Assembly: GCA_028534125.1 (NCBI GenBank)
Contig: CM052818.1
Location: forward strand, 15,750,001 to 15,814,000
Direction of reading: 5' to 3'
Length of the DNA: 64,000 bases
DNA from: Lama glama
Taxonomy: Eukaryota
The position numbers and the translations under genes are program-made. Numbering within the stretch: the first letter of the stretch is position 1; the number at the start of each line of letters is the position of its first letter. The notes beneath the pieces were generated by a model. The model did no database searches, was not told the origin of the DNA, and saw only the letters and a list, made by a program, of their open reading frames with translations. Below, piece by piece: positions 26,380-39,049 of the stretch.

Positions 26380-26840
26380 ACCCTATGCTACAATTTCAGG
26401 ACACCATAAAATTGTATATGCAATCAAGCATAGATGCAATAACAAAGTCCAAAACACACCATGATTCAAATACAGTGGAAGTTTACTCTTCATTCTAAGA
26501 TGTCCAAAATAGGAATTCTTGCTCAGCAGAGGACACTTCTCCAAATGGTGATTCAGGTATCCAGCCTTCTTTCATTTTGTTATTATATGATCTTCACTAC
26601 ATGGTTTCCAAGACCACCATCCAACTTCACCAACTCTCTTCACCATCAGCATCACCCAATCAGTGAAGGGATTGCTAATGGAAAGACTTGGATGGCATGT
26701 TCCTGGAAAGCGGCTCACTTAATTTCTGTTTGTATTTCATTTGCTGCAACTCAGGATTCACACCTAACTGTATCAAGTCTGGAAAATGTAGTTTGTGTGC
26801 TCAGAAAGAAGCAGAATGGGGTTTGGCAAACACCTAGCTA
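26380..26840 (-). mobile_element. MaLR LTR, MLT1K/L-like
   Basis: aaatacagtggaagtttactctt...gattcaggtatccagccttctttcatt...cctaactgtatcaagtctggaaaatgtagt. Confidence 0.6.
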
Positions 26841-28982
26841 GTTTTGCTGCACAATTCTATGGTTTAATCCAGGTCCTCCTTCACCCTTCAGTTCAAACTC
26901 TTGAAGAAAAAGATTGCATTTACTGTAATAAACCCCAAAGACAGAAAAACACTGTTGACAGGAGGTATCTGACAGGAAGGATCTTTTTTTTTCTGGAAGT
27001 AACTGTGACACCATGAGGGTTGTTGCGACTGCTGGGAGAACCACATGCTTTTGACTCTCTCCTCATCAACATTTATACCAGTGTTCCCCCAACCACCTTA
27101 TTAGTTTGTTGTTTGTTTATTCAACAAGGATTTAAGGACACTCTGACTCACCAGCTAACAGAAAAACCTAATGGTTTTCACCAGAGAAATAAGAGGATGG
27201 TGATAGTTTTTACTTTTCCCTTTATGGCAGGAGGTGTTCATCAAGACCAAGGGTAAAGGTGAGATGTGGAGCTAGCACTCAGCTTTTTACTTGATGATAC
27301 AACTGCCACCATCCACATGCTTTGGAAACTTCCCATGAAGGGGAAAACACAGCCATTGTTCTAGTTGTCACGTTTGAAAAGAAATAGAAACAAATGGTTA
27401 TGTTTCTGCCTGCCTGTCTTTAAGGACGCATAGCTCAGACAAGCCTCAATTCTCTTTTAAATCTTAGACTTAAAAAAAAAAAAAAGCCTCCTGTCGCTTT
27501 GGATCAGGAAACAGTAAAGTGTAACATCTGTGAAAGTAGCCCCAAGGACACAGATAGTGTTGAAAATCCTTGAAAATAAGATGAATTACCAATTCTCATT
27601 GTTCATCTGGCTTCTACTGAAGACTAATAGGTAAGTAATTTTCCATACATCACATTACCCAAGGTGCAAGGCACATAATATAATATGTTAGCAATCTATT
27701 GACTAAAATGTTATTTCCACAACAACTTTTCCTCCAAGTTTGAGTAATGAGCATGCATTAAAAGAAAAAAGAACAGTATTTTTTCACTATATATTGCTTT
27801 AATTTAAGACTAATGCTGCCTGAATGCAAGGGATAGGATATAATCTTCTTTGAGGACAGACAGATTGATCTACATATATATTTCCTTTACAAAAATATGC
27901 TTCTCATCTTTGAGGTAAAAAATGAATGTCATTATTTTGTCTGGATTAGGTTTGAAGTATATTTAAACAGTGAGAAATCAAATCTTCCATGTAAAAACTA
28001 TGCATTAGGTAATAGTATCTGAGGGGTCCCTGGAGAATATGGAAAATCAAATTGTTTTCTTAAAGCCCGAGGATGGAGGACCTGTGGGTGTGGGTGTTGC
28101 AGTGAAGCGGGTTAAGTGGGTCACTGAAATGTCCTTACTGAATGTTATCTGATGCCTATTATGTTGTCCACAAGGAAGTAAGAGAAGCCAGGAGAGAAAG
28201 CTCAGAGTGAGAGTAGAAAAATCCCTGTCTACCCCTCCCACCTAAATATCCCTCCTCTATGCCAAACCTTAGCAAATCAGCTAACATAGGAGCAGGGACA
28301 ATTATTAGCCAATCAATTGTGGATAGTCTGTGATTGATCACATCACCGATGCCAAATATGCTGCCTCTCCCTGTATTAGGATAATTCCTTTGTCATGTGC
28401 AGCTGCAGTACCTTTCAGTAGATGGGCCAGTTTTCCCCATCCCATGGCTATGGGATTGACCATGTGACGTAATATGATATATATCCATTTCTGAGAGACT
28501 TTAATGTAATTGTGTGCTTTGACTTGGTCTCTTTTACCAAGGATCCATCAGGAGCAAAGAAAATACCAAGAGCAAGATAATTAGAAATTAAAATCTGTGT
28601 TCTTATAAGTGAAAAAGATTGGGGGAGGTGTTAAGAAAAAGTGACTAATACACAGTCTAATCATTCATTCATTCACTCAAACACTCACTGAGTACTAATT
28701 CCATGACACACTAGATCTCGCACTGGGAATATGAGAGCAACTGAAGCGAACATGCTTCCCTTTCTATTTTCATACAGTTCAAAGTTCTCTTCTAACTCCT
28801 TTCCTTCCTCTTCCATGTGGCATGACTATCTCCAAAGGCTCATCCATGAGCTAACTCACTGGGTTGGTCAAGTCTATGTACCGTGCTGTTTTAATTTGTC
28901 TTAATGCTGGTCAAAATGCCAAAAGAAATCAATAAGGCAGACATTTCACTTTTCCATGGATATGCCCTCAGCCAGAGACAAC

Positions 28983-29565
28983 CGTGGTAAGCAGAATTCT
29001 AGGATGGCCCCCCAACCCTGATTTCTTTCCCCGGCTGTAACTCCTCTGATTATGTTCCTTTACATGGCAAAAGAAAGTTTTCAGATGTGGTTGAGATTCA
29101 TTAGTTGACCTTAAATTAGGGATATTTCCTGGTGTAATCTAATTATAGGAGCCCCTTAAAAGTAGAGGGTTTTCTCAGGCTGATAGCAAAACAGGAAGTC
29201 AGAGACTGAAGTACAAGGGAGATTCAAAACTGGCTTGAAGATGGAGGGGGTCATATAGCGAGGACCTGAGAGTGGCCCTACCCTCAGATCTAACAGCCAA
29301 CAAGAAAATGAGGGCGTCAGTCCTACAGTCACAAAGCAATGAATTCTGATTGCAACCAGCACGTTGGAAAGCAGATTCTTTTTTAGATCCTCCCAATAGG
29401 AATGCAACCTGGCCAACATCTCGATTTCAGTCCTGCGAGGCCATAAGCAGAGAATCCAGACAAATCCACAACAGACTTCTCACCCACTGAACAGTGAGAT
29501 AATAAAGTGAGTGTTGTTTCAAGCTGCTATATTTGTGGTAATTCATTACACAGCAATAAAAAAAA
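28983..29565 (+). mobile_element. MaLR LTR, MLT1E-like
   Basis: Starts gtggtaagcagaattctaggatggcccc; ttacatggcaaaag; ctggcttgaagatgga; ends aagctgctatatttgtggtaattcattacacagcaata. Confidence 0.88.
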
Positions 29566-29845
29566 AGTCAATTAGTTAATCTAGGTTTAATATTCTAGGG
29601 CTACACTTGTTCAAGCCAATATTCAGTGCCAACCTTCTGTCTAAGCAGAGCAGGTAGCCATCTGTAAACTCTGTCACCAATTCAGGGTGATTTCTGGGCA
29701 CTAGGATAGCTGGTCTGACCCTAAAGCTCTCTTGTTTGCACACTAGTGCCTGAAAATCCTTAAACTGTGAGCAAAGCCTCTGATTATAAAGTAAAGCTTA
29801 AAATGGAAATCTCTTTCAGAAAGGCATTGCAATCACTTGTATTTA

Positions 29846-32175
29846 TAGGCATACCATGGACAAACTATAGGTTTCGTTTCAAATCACCACAATAAAGTGA
29901 GTCACATGAATTTTTTGGTTTTCCAGTGCATATAGAAGTTATGTTTGTACTATGTTGTAATCTATTGTTTGCAATCACATTATGTCCCCAAAAGTACGTA
30001 TCTATATTAAAAATGTTTTATTACTAAAAAATGTTTAAAAAAAACCATCATCGGAGCCTTCAGTAAGTTGTCAATCTTTCTGTTGGTGGAGGGTCTTGCC
30101 TTAGTGTTGATGGCTGCTGACTGATCAGGGTGGTGGCTGTTGAAGGCTGGAGAACTCTGATATTTTCTTAAAATAAAACAACAAAGTTCACTGCATCAAT
30201 TGACTCTTCCTTTCACAAAGAATTTCTTTGTAACATGCTGTGCTATTTGACAGAATTTTACCCACAATAGAACTTTCAAAATTGGAGTCAATCTTCTTAA
30301 CCCCTGCCACTGCTTTATCAACTAAGTTTATGTCATAATCTAAGTATTTTGTTGCCATTTCAACAATCTTCACAGCACCTTCACCAGGAGGAGGTCCCAC
30401 CTCAGGAAACCACTGTCTTTGTTTATTCATAAAACTTAAACAGATGAGGAGTTGCTGCTTATCACGAGATTGCAGCAATTCAGTCTCATCCTCCGGCTTC
30501 ACTACTAATTCCAGTTCTCCTGCTATTTCTATCACATTTGCAGTCACTTCTTCCACTGAAGTCTAGAAACCTCCAAAGTCATCCATCAGGGCTGGAATGA
30601 ACTTCTTCCAAACTCCTGTTAATGCTGATATTTGACCTCTTCCCATCAGTCACAAATGTTCTTAATGGCATCTAGAATGGCGAATCCTTTCCAAAAGGTT
30701 TTCAGTTGGCTTTGAACCAGATATAGCAGAATAATCACTGTGGCAGCTATAGCCTTAGGGAACGCATTTCTTAAATACTAGGACTTGAGAGTTTAAATTA
30801 CTCCTTGATCCATGGGCTGCAGAATGGATGTTATACTTGCAGGTATGAAAACAAGATTAATCTCATTGAACATCAGAGCTCTTGGGTGACCAAGTGCCTT
30901 GTCAATGAGCAGGAATATTCTGAATCTTTCTGAGCAGTAGGTCTCAAAAGTGGGCTTAAAATATTCAGTAAAACATGTTGTAAACAGATGTGCTGTCATC
31001 CAGGCTTTATTTGTTCCATTTATAGAGCACAGATAGAGTACATTTAGTAGAATTCTTAAGGGCCCATTTTTGGAATGGTAAATGAGCCCTGGTTTCAACT
31101 TAAAGTCACCATCTCGTTAGCCTCTAAAAAGAGTCAACCTGTCCTTTGAAGCCAGCCACTGATTTCTCCTTTATAGCTATGAAAGTCCTAGCATTTTCTT
31201 CCAATAGAAGGCTGTTTCATCGACATTGAAAATGTGTTGTTTAGTGTGGCCGCCTTCCTTCACGATCTTAATCGGACCTTCTGGATGACTTGCTGCAGCT
31301 TCTACAGCAGCACCTACTGCCTCACCTTGCTCTCTGAGGTTATGGAGGTGGCTTCTTTCCTTAACCTCATGAACCAAGCGCTGCTGGCTTCAGGCTTTTC
31401 TTCTGCAGCTTCCTCACCTCTCTCACCCTTCATAGAACTGAGTAGAGTTAGGGCCTTGCTCTGGATTAGGCTTTGGCCTGAAGGTAATGTTGTGGCTGGT
31501 TCAGTCTTCTAGAACTTTCTCCACATCAGAAGTAAGGCTGCTGGCTTTCTTATCACTCATGTGTTTACTAGAGGAGCACTTTTCATTTTCTTTGAGAACA
31601 TTTCCTTTGCATTCACAGCTTGGCCCACTGTTTGGTGCAAGAAGCCTAGCCTTTGGCCTGTCTTGGTCTCAGTGTATCTTCCTCACTCTGCCTAATCATT
31701 TCCAGGTTTTTATTTAAAGTGAGAGACGTGTGACTCTTCCTCTCACTAGAACACACAGAGGCCATTATAAAGTTGGCCTAAGTTCAGTATTATGTGTCTC
31801 AGGGAATAAAAGGGAGGCTTGAGGAGAGGGACAGAGACAAGGGAATGGCCAATCAGGGGAGCAGTCAGAACATACACAACATTTATTGATCACAGTCTCT
31901 GTCTTATTTGGGTGCAGTTGTTGGCAGCCCGAAACCATTACAATAGTACCATCAAAATCACTCACCACAGATCACTGTAACAAATATAATTTTTAAAAGC
32001 TTGAAATACTGCACAAACTAGCAAAATGTGACCAACAGGAAATGAGCAAATGCTGTTGGAAAATGGCACTGACAGCCTTGCTCGGTGCAGGGTTGCCACA
32101 AGCCTTCAACTGGTAAAAGATGCAGTTATCTGTGAAGCACGATAAAATGAAGCATACTCAAGTGAGGTCTGCCTA
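29846..32175 (-). mobile_element. Near full-length Tigger1 (TcMar-Tigger DNA transposon) with a broken transposase
   Basis: Inverted ends taggcatacc... and ...gaggtctgccta, each next to a TA (29844-45, 32176-77); 2330 bp; minus ORFs 31177..31377 (FNVDETAFYWKKM), 30793..31098 (AWMT...LLIDKALGH...LQPMDQGVI) and 30188..30556 are pogo/Tigger DDE transposase pieces. Confidence 0.96.
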
Positions 32176-32479
32176 TATTCACACTGGATACCACGGAGAG
32201 GCACACTGAGAGGACGTGTTCTGAGAGGACGGGCAGAAGATCAGCTGACACAGAATCTAGGAAGGCGTTGGGGGTGGGCAGGTGAGAGAGAGGAGAAGGA
32301 AGGAGAACAGCGGGAAGACCACTGAGTCTTTACAACTGTGTCTAGTATCAGCTGTACCTCCACCCCCAACCCCAGCCCAGAATAAAATTAAACAAGTTCA
32401 TTCAGTGAAACCATGTTTTTTTTGTTTTCCTTTTTAACCCTGAGGCAAATTCTTGTGTATATGTATGTAATATGCATCC

Positions 32480-33240
32480 TTCCACCTTCTTAGTTGCTAA
32501 CACAACCGGATTTTGTGCTAGTAAATGAAGTACCCAGCCCAAGGTGATGGACTGTGATTGAGCTGAGCAAATCACAACAAACCCATCCCCCGCCCCCCTT
32601 CCTGGCCTTTCTTTTCATCTAGGGTTGGTCACGTGTTCCAGTTCTGTCTGGGCAATGAGCCTGGTGGGGCTTCTAAGAGGGAGATCCAGCTGACGTGTTC
32701 CTGTCCTTGAACGTGGTCATGTTAGTTCAGGCTTCAGCACTGTTATGTTCTGAATTGTTTTCCCCAAACTTCTATGTTTAAATCATACCCCCAAAATTTC
32801 AGATGGGATTTTATATGGAGATACTCTTTAAAGAGATAATTAAGGCAAAATGAGGCCATTAAGGTGGGCCCTAATATAACATGACTGGTGCCCTTATAAA
32901 GAGAGATTAGGACACAGACCTGAGCAGAAGGAAGACCATATTTAAACATCAGAAGAAGATGGCCACATACAAGCCAAGGATAGAGGCCTGAGAAGAAAAC
33001 AACCCTGCTGACACCTTGATCTCAGACTCCTGGCTTCCCAAATTAAGAAGAAACTCATTTGTGTTATTTGAGCCAGCCTGTCTGTGGTATTGTTATGGCA
33101 GCTGTAGGAAGCTAACACAAGCAGTCATCTTCTGAGATGAGCAAAGGTCAAGAGAATCACAAGGATGTCGACCTGACAATACATCACAGGAGAAAGATAA
33201 AACCATGTCTGTAGCCACCATAGTTTTCTGTAACTGCCAA
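32480..33240 (+). mobile_element. ERVL LTR16-like element split by an MLT1 insertion
   Basis: LTR16-like motifs on both sides of the MLT1B (ctagggttggtcacgtgttccagttctg before; gcagtcatcttctgagatgag after). Confidence 0.5.
32741..33119 (+). mobile_element. MaLR solo LTR, MLT1B-like, with a 5-bp TSD
   Basis: TG...CA termini; taaggtgggccctaat...gactggtgcccttataa; aaccctgctgacaccttgatctcagact; flanks agcac (32736-40) and agcag (33120-24). Confidence 0.9.
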
Positions 33241-33500
33241 CAACTTGTGTGTCTAATGGATCCAAAGCCTCATTCTTCCATCTCTTTCTCTTTATCAATG
33301 GACGTCAGTTGTGGATGGTTATAAGAGGGCAGTATAATATAGCAATTTAAGACCAGATTTCATAATATGCTCATTCACATGAGGTGTTAAATTAGTTGAA
33401 TTCTGGCCAGAGTATTTCAGAAAATTTGGTCCCTTCTTTATATGAAGCCTACCACCAACTCACTTATAATATATATCTACTTAGATTTAAGAAAAAATAA

Positions 33501-33731
33501 TAGTTAATACTTGAGCAAAGCTGGAGCTAGGGGCACCGACCCTTCCCACAGTCAAAAATCCTTGTCTAACACATAGTGGGCCCTCCCTATATTCAGTTCC
33601 TCTGTATCCACAGTTCCCCATCCACAGATTCAACCAACTGGGGATCATGTAGTACCATAGTGTTTACTGTTGGAAAAAAGTCAGTGTATAAATGGACATG
33701 CACAGTTCCTGTGTTGTTCAAGGGTCAACTG
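33501..33731 (+). mobile_element. Tigger2-family MITE (MER8/Tigger2a-like)
   Basis: Right TIR gtgttgttcaagggtcaactg followed by TA; degenerate left TIR tagttaatacttgagcaa; internal ggggcaccgaccc...cagtcaaaaatcc. Confidence 0.85.
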
Positions 33732-33914
33732 TATTGTCAGGGCCTGGAGTTCCTGCAGGTGGGGGACTCTGACATTCATCTAACATTGCAAAGATCCAGG
33801 GACTAAATGTTTTCTTCAGCATCTTAGAACCGATTCCTTCCTCTTCTTCCCAGTGACGGGTGTGAAGCTGTCATATGTCAGAGAACGTGCTCCATCTCAG
33901 AAAACCAGGGGCTC

Positions 33915-34260
33915 TTTTTTTGTTGTTTTTGTTTTCATATTCTTTTTCATTACAGGTTACTACAAGATATTGAATATAGTTCCCTGTGATCTACAGAAAA
34001 AAATTTGTTGTTTATCTATTTTATATCTAGTAGTTAGTATCTACAAATCTCAAACTCCCAATTTATCCCTCCCACTCCCTTTTCCCTCAGTAATAAGTTT
34101 GTTTTCTGTTTTGTAGATAAGTTACTGTTTTGCAGATAAGTTCATTTATGTCTTCTTTTTTCAGATTCTGCATATAAGCGATATCATATGGTATTTTTCT
34201 TTCTCTTTCTGGCTTACTCCACTTAGAATGACTATCTCCAGGTCCATCGACGTTGCTGCA
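33915..34260 (-). mobile_element. Short young L1 3' end
   Basis: Antisense of the same 3' UTR family as 5270-6374 and 7632-9062 (catattctttttcattacaggttactacaagatattg; gatatcatatggtatttttctttctctttctggcttac); similar cagggg..ttttt flanks on both sides. Confidence 0.9.
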
Positions 34261-36099
34261 GGGGGATTTTTTTTTTTTTTAGCAGTTTAGTAACCCAGAT
34301 TAAAAATGCTTGTGGACAGCTTACTTAGGAGATTTCCAACACCAAGGCCATTCTAAGATAAGTTTTCCCTGAGAGACTTCGTAGACTTGGGAGCTTGGGC
34401 TGGAGAAATCCATACATCCAGGAGAAATGAGAAACAGAGACCCTTGTGCCACTTTTCCTGGGTTCACTACAGGTTCACTGTATCAACCCCGGCTAAATTT
34501 CTCATTTCAGCAATAAAATACCCACTGGACATAGCTAAGTAGAGAGTTTCCCATGAGAGACACCACACTTTGGGAATTCCAGGTCCCTCACAGTCAATCT
34601 GTGTCAGAGTGACCAATTTGAGGACTGCTAAATAATACACGTTTGAAAGTATAGCCCTGGATTTTAAATTGATACTGAAAGAAGAGGGTTTGTAACCGGG
34701 TGTTCTTATTTGTTTCATTCCATCCCCATCAGAAGCAGCTCCCCACCACAGACTGGTTTATACAGAAGACTGAGGATGTAAGTCAGTCCTTTCGTATTAT
34801 TCCTACCTACATTAACATACTTCGGCTGTGAGTTCATCTGCCAGACAGACAAGTTCTGAAATGCAGCTGAGGCTTCCTCCTAGAAATCCATCTGGCAGGA
34901 AGCCGAAAGGCAACCTCTGTCTCTTTCCCCAGTTCTCCAGATTTATAGAGCAACATAATTGATAGAACTATAGCTCTCTCACCTGAGAGATTCCTTCCCA
35001 TTGACTCGTTTATCACATGATCAAAGCCTTCCTGGGCTGTCAAACCACCTCTTATTTCAGATACGCTTGTTGGAGGCTTCGCCTCTGTCATTTACCAAAA
35101 TAGCTGTACAAGAAGCTCAAGGCTGCAACAATTCTCCTATTCAGGGCCAGAGAGAATCACTCTAAATCCTATTTAGGGGATAAAGAATAAGTGTCTGTAT
35201 TGTACCTTTAGTGGAACCAAAACTGATAGTAACCACCCCAAAGCTCTCTCAATGACGGGATAATAAAATCCATGGTATTATTTTTTTCAACAATTAACTA
35301 GTTATAAGCTTTTTCAGCTCCTTTGTTACCATAAACCAATTACTGTGCATCTCAGCACTTCAAGAATTGTTAACAGACAACAGATTCATGATGACATCCA
35401 TACCATTCTGCAGGTCAGGATTAACTTTCGACTCTTTTAATGAACCTTCTGGGCAGCTGCCCAGCAGCCCCTGCAGAGAGCACTGATGTTTCTCTTACTC
35501 TGGTTGATCAGGTGACCATTTGCTTTTTCGTCCTAGCTTATCATTTTCTTATTAGGGAGCAAGATCTGAATGTGGACCTGCTATCACCAAAAAAAGAGAA
35601 GAGGCTAATTGGTTTTCATCGAAACGCCGGAGGGATGCAATAAGGTTAAAAAGGTCAGAGTATTTTATTATTTCTCAATCGTGGGAAGGATCAATTAACA
35701 GCTGTCGAGTGACTACTCTTCTGACTGCACTTTTCATGACAAAACAATAACCATTGCTAACCACAGAAAGTCAGCTTTTCTTCCTCCTCTCGAAATAAGG
35801 AACGCTTGACTGAATCCTCTGTTCCCACAGTCTAGACATTCTGGTTGTATAACTTATTTTTAAAAAGGTTTTAGAGGGAGAGGGAGTTTTTGCATGTCTA
35901 GCTATGCCTTTTTAAACCATCACATCTAACATGTCAGAAGCTAAGGCAACTCGATATCCACACTGTGGAAACATAGGAGGCCCGGAGCACTTCTGTTTCA
36001 CCCTCCCTGCTATGGACCCAGTCCCAGCTACGAGCGCCTGTCACCTCGGCACAGCTCTGTCTCTCCGCAGGCCTCTCCTTCCTTTACTCTGCAGTTAAA

Positions 36100-36620
36100 G
36101 GCAGAATGCTATGAGGACACATCTGAAGCTGCCACTCCTCCACGCTAAACCCTTCACCGGCTCCCCATCTCTCTCAGCAGGAAGTCCAAAGTCTACGGAA
36201 GCCCTTCCTGAGCTTGTCCCCGCCTAGCTGGCCTCCCCTCTCACCAGACTCCCTCCACAGCTCAGCGAGGGATTTTGAATTCACTGGCGACCCTGTGCTC
36301 TCGCCCTCCTCAGAACATTTGCACATCTACTTCCCAGGCTGGAATACTCCTTCTCCATGCCCCCACCCCATTTCCCTGACTCAACTTAAATTTTCCCTTC
36401 TTAGCCTATCCCCAGAAAACTTTCCCTGTCACCCAACCCCCAAGATGGCTAGATAACCTCCTTTCTTCTCTCAAGCCATCCTCTTTTTACTTTCATTATA
36501 GAAAGATAACTATATTAAAGTGGCCCTTTTGTTCTCCTAATCATAAATCCAACTGGACAAGAATCGAGTCTATTTTTCTTCACTGTTTTATTCTCATCAC
36601 TTAGCAAACTGCCTGGTACA
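36100..36620 (+). mobile_element. L2 LINE fragments
   Basis: aaacccttcaccggctccccat...gaacatttgcacat...ttcttcactgttttattctcatcacttagcaaactgcctggtaca. Confidence 0.6.
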
Positions 36621-36634
36621 GTGTAGCAGACCTT

Positions 36635-37230
36635 TTTGCTCTGTAGCAACTTACCATACATTTAGCTGTTTCATAAAACACACCTTTTATTATCTCAGTT
36701 TCTACAGGGTGGAAGTCCTACCATGGCCTAGCTGGCTTCTCTACTCAGGGTCTCACAAGATGGAAACCAAGATATCAACTGGGCTGTGTTATCATTTGGA
36801 GCTTGGAGTCCTCTTCCAAGCTCATACAAGTTGTCAGAATTCACTTTCTCACAGTTGTGAGACTGAAGCCCTCACTTTCTTGCTAACTGTTGGTTGGGAG
36901 GTCATTCTCAGCTCCTATGGGTTTCCCCAAGACCCAGCCACTTGTCTGTCTGATAACATGGCTGTTTTATTTCAAAGCCAGACAGAATCTCCCTTCAGTC
37001 TGCTATTATGGAATGTTAGGTAATCTAACATAATTGTGGGAGGGACTGTTCAATCACCTTTGAATATAATGTGACCTAGTCAAGTCACAGTTACTATCCC
37101 TGACATTCACAGGTCCCACCCAAACCCCAACTGGTCCCACCCAATCCCCTCAAGCAGAAGGGATTACAGAGAGTGTACACACCATGGACAGGTTTCATGG
37201 GGATCATCTTAGAATTCTTCCTATCACCTA
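36635..37230 (-). mobile_element. MaLR LTR, MLT1E-like
   Basis: tttattatctcagtttct...ctcagggtctcacaag...gttgtgagactgaagccctc...ggggatcatcttagaattcttcctatca. Confidence 0.85.
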
Positions 37231-37758
37231 CATACCTACTTACTACATGATTATTAAAAGAATCAGTGAGTTTTAGCTGTAGTGTCATCACAGATATTGG
37301 GTAAGTTGCCTTGATCTCAAGTTCTCAGAATGAGGAGTAATAGAAATGGGGAAAATGATAATCCCTGTATTATATACCTCTGAAGAATTATCAGAGATAT
37401 CACATGAAAAATATTAACAACTTCAATATTGTCCACTATAGCACATCACTAATATTGTCTTATTTCTCTTTAAAACAGTACTGAAAGGATACTACTGTTA
37501 TCATTGTATTTCAGATGAGCAAGGCAAGACTGGAGCATCTTAGGTGACTTTCCCTAAGTCATACAGCTAGAAGGGAGTGAGGCAAAGCATCATACTCAGA
37601 TGGCTTTAATTCTAAAGAATTAACTAATTATCTATTATATATGATATGAAAAGGACTGTTATGAAAAGAAATGTTATAGAAAGATAATTTATCAGTATTT
37701 TGATTATTAATTTGACAAAAATGTACATGTTACAAGTTAAGGTATACATACTTTAGGG

Positions 37759-38122
37759 CAGAGGTCAGTACCTTATGTCCACTGGCTAAATCTGCCCCAA
37801 TGCCTGCTTTAGTACAGCTTGTGACCTAAGATTGCTTCCAACAGATCATTATTTGCAGTTGATTTGATGAAGAACACTAATTTTGAACTCCAGTTAAGTG
37901 AGATCCTATTCTTCCAAGAAGAATTCAATTTTTTTCATTAGTAGACTTGTATTACAAAAATTTATAATTGATTATATTATAAATTCATCAATGAAGAATA
38001 TAAATTAATTTCCCTTCCTGTTATATAACTGCACTTATAATATCCTTGATTTTGTTTCTAGGCTCAAAATGACTAAAATATTTACTATCCGGTTCTTCAC
38101 GTAAAAACTGTGCTGGCCTCTG
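37759..38122. mobile_element. MER58-family hAT-Charlie element
   Basis: Inverted ends cagaggtcagta... and ...tgctggcctctg; characteristic ctaaaatatttactatccggttcttcac. Confidence 0.8.
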
Positions 38123-38447
38123 CCTTTGCAGGATTCAACAGGGATGCGTTGCTAGGCACATTTGTTTGTCTGACCAAGTCTTTCAATCTAGGAAAGCAGC
38201 ATAATGAAAATACCCACATCAAAATGAAGACTGCTGACTAATTCTAGGACTGCACATTCAACTGCATGAGTGGCGTGGAGCCCACCATCCCCTTTCAGAG
38301 AGAACTACGAAAGTTGACCTCAATGGTTTCTGAGTAGTTAGTATCCAAAGCCACGAACCGGTCTTTCAGTCCCTTTTCTCAAGCACTCGAGTCCCCTGTC
38401 TAGATGCAGACTGCACTGTTACATCATCACCAATAGAAAGACACAAG

Positions 38448-38462
38448 GCAGCAGAGGGCAGC
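38448..38462 (+). promoter_or_regulatory. Candidate CTCF site (GCAGCAGAGGGCAGC)
   Basis: Matches the CCASYAGRKGGCRS core except for the first base; lies in unique sequence. Confidence 0.4.
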
Positions 38463-39049
38463 CCATTCATATTCACTAGTGAGATTTTCTTCGACTCTGA
38501 GGATGCACAGACATTTTTCAATGACCTCAGCAGGTTCCTGAAACATAACACCTTTATCATGACATTTACTCCATCATGTTGTCTTTCAGGACGTCAAAGC
38601 ACAACAAGAAGGTCAGCTCCCAGGGTGTCGGCGTCAACAGCTGCCGTTACTATAGCTTGAGGGGAGAAGTCCAGCACCCTTACTCCTCTCACCCCCGAAC
38701 ACTTCAGCCCACTCTGACTCACATTCAACAGTCATCTCTGTGAGCTCACGTAGTTTTCCTTCTTAGGAAGTGAATGGGTCTGTGTCATGAATGTGTAAGT
38801 TGTCAACATCTTAGGATTTCTTGCCTGAGAGTTTTATTCACACCATTCCCTGGGCATGTGAAGTTTCACAGATACTTCAGAACTCAGCTCAAAGGCAAAT
38901 TTCCCCATGAAGTTCTTAATTTTGAGAAAAAAGAAAAATGCTGTCCTGCCTTGCAGTCATCACAGTTCTTGGGTGGGATGGCTAGCATCGTATTATGTGA
39001 ATATTGTCATTATGCGTGTGCACAATTTTGCCTCCCACTGAGGGGGAAA

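Noticed and set aside
27625..27636. Consensus splice donor ag|gtaagt
   Set aside because: No convincing upstream acceptor or open frame; isolated donors are frequent by chance.
30188..31377. Transposase ORFs as a domesticated TIGD-like gene
   Set aside because: Split by stops and frameshifts and still inside intact TIRs with TA flanks; an ordinary Tigger1 fossil.
35449..35464. Perfect 16-bp palindrome CTGGGCAGCTGCCCAG as a stand-alone signal
   Set aside because: Roughly one 8-bp-arm palindrome is expected by chance in 64 kb (64000/4^8).
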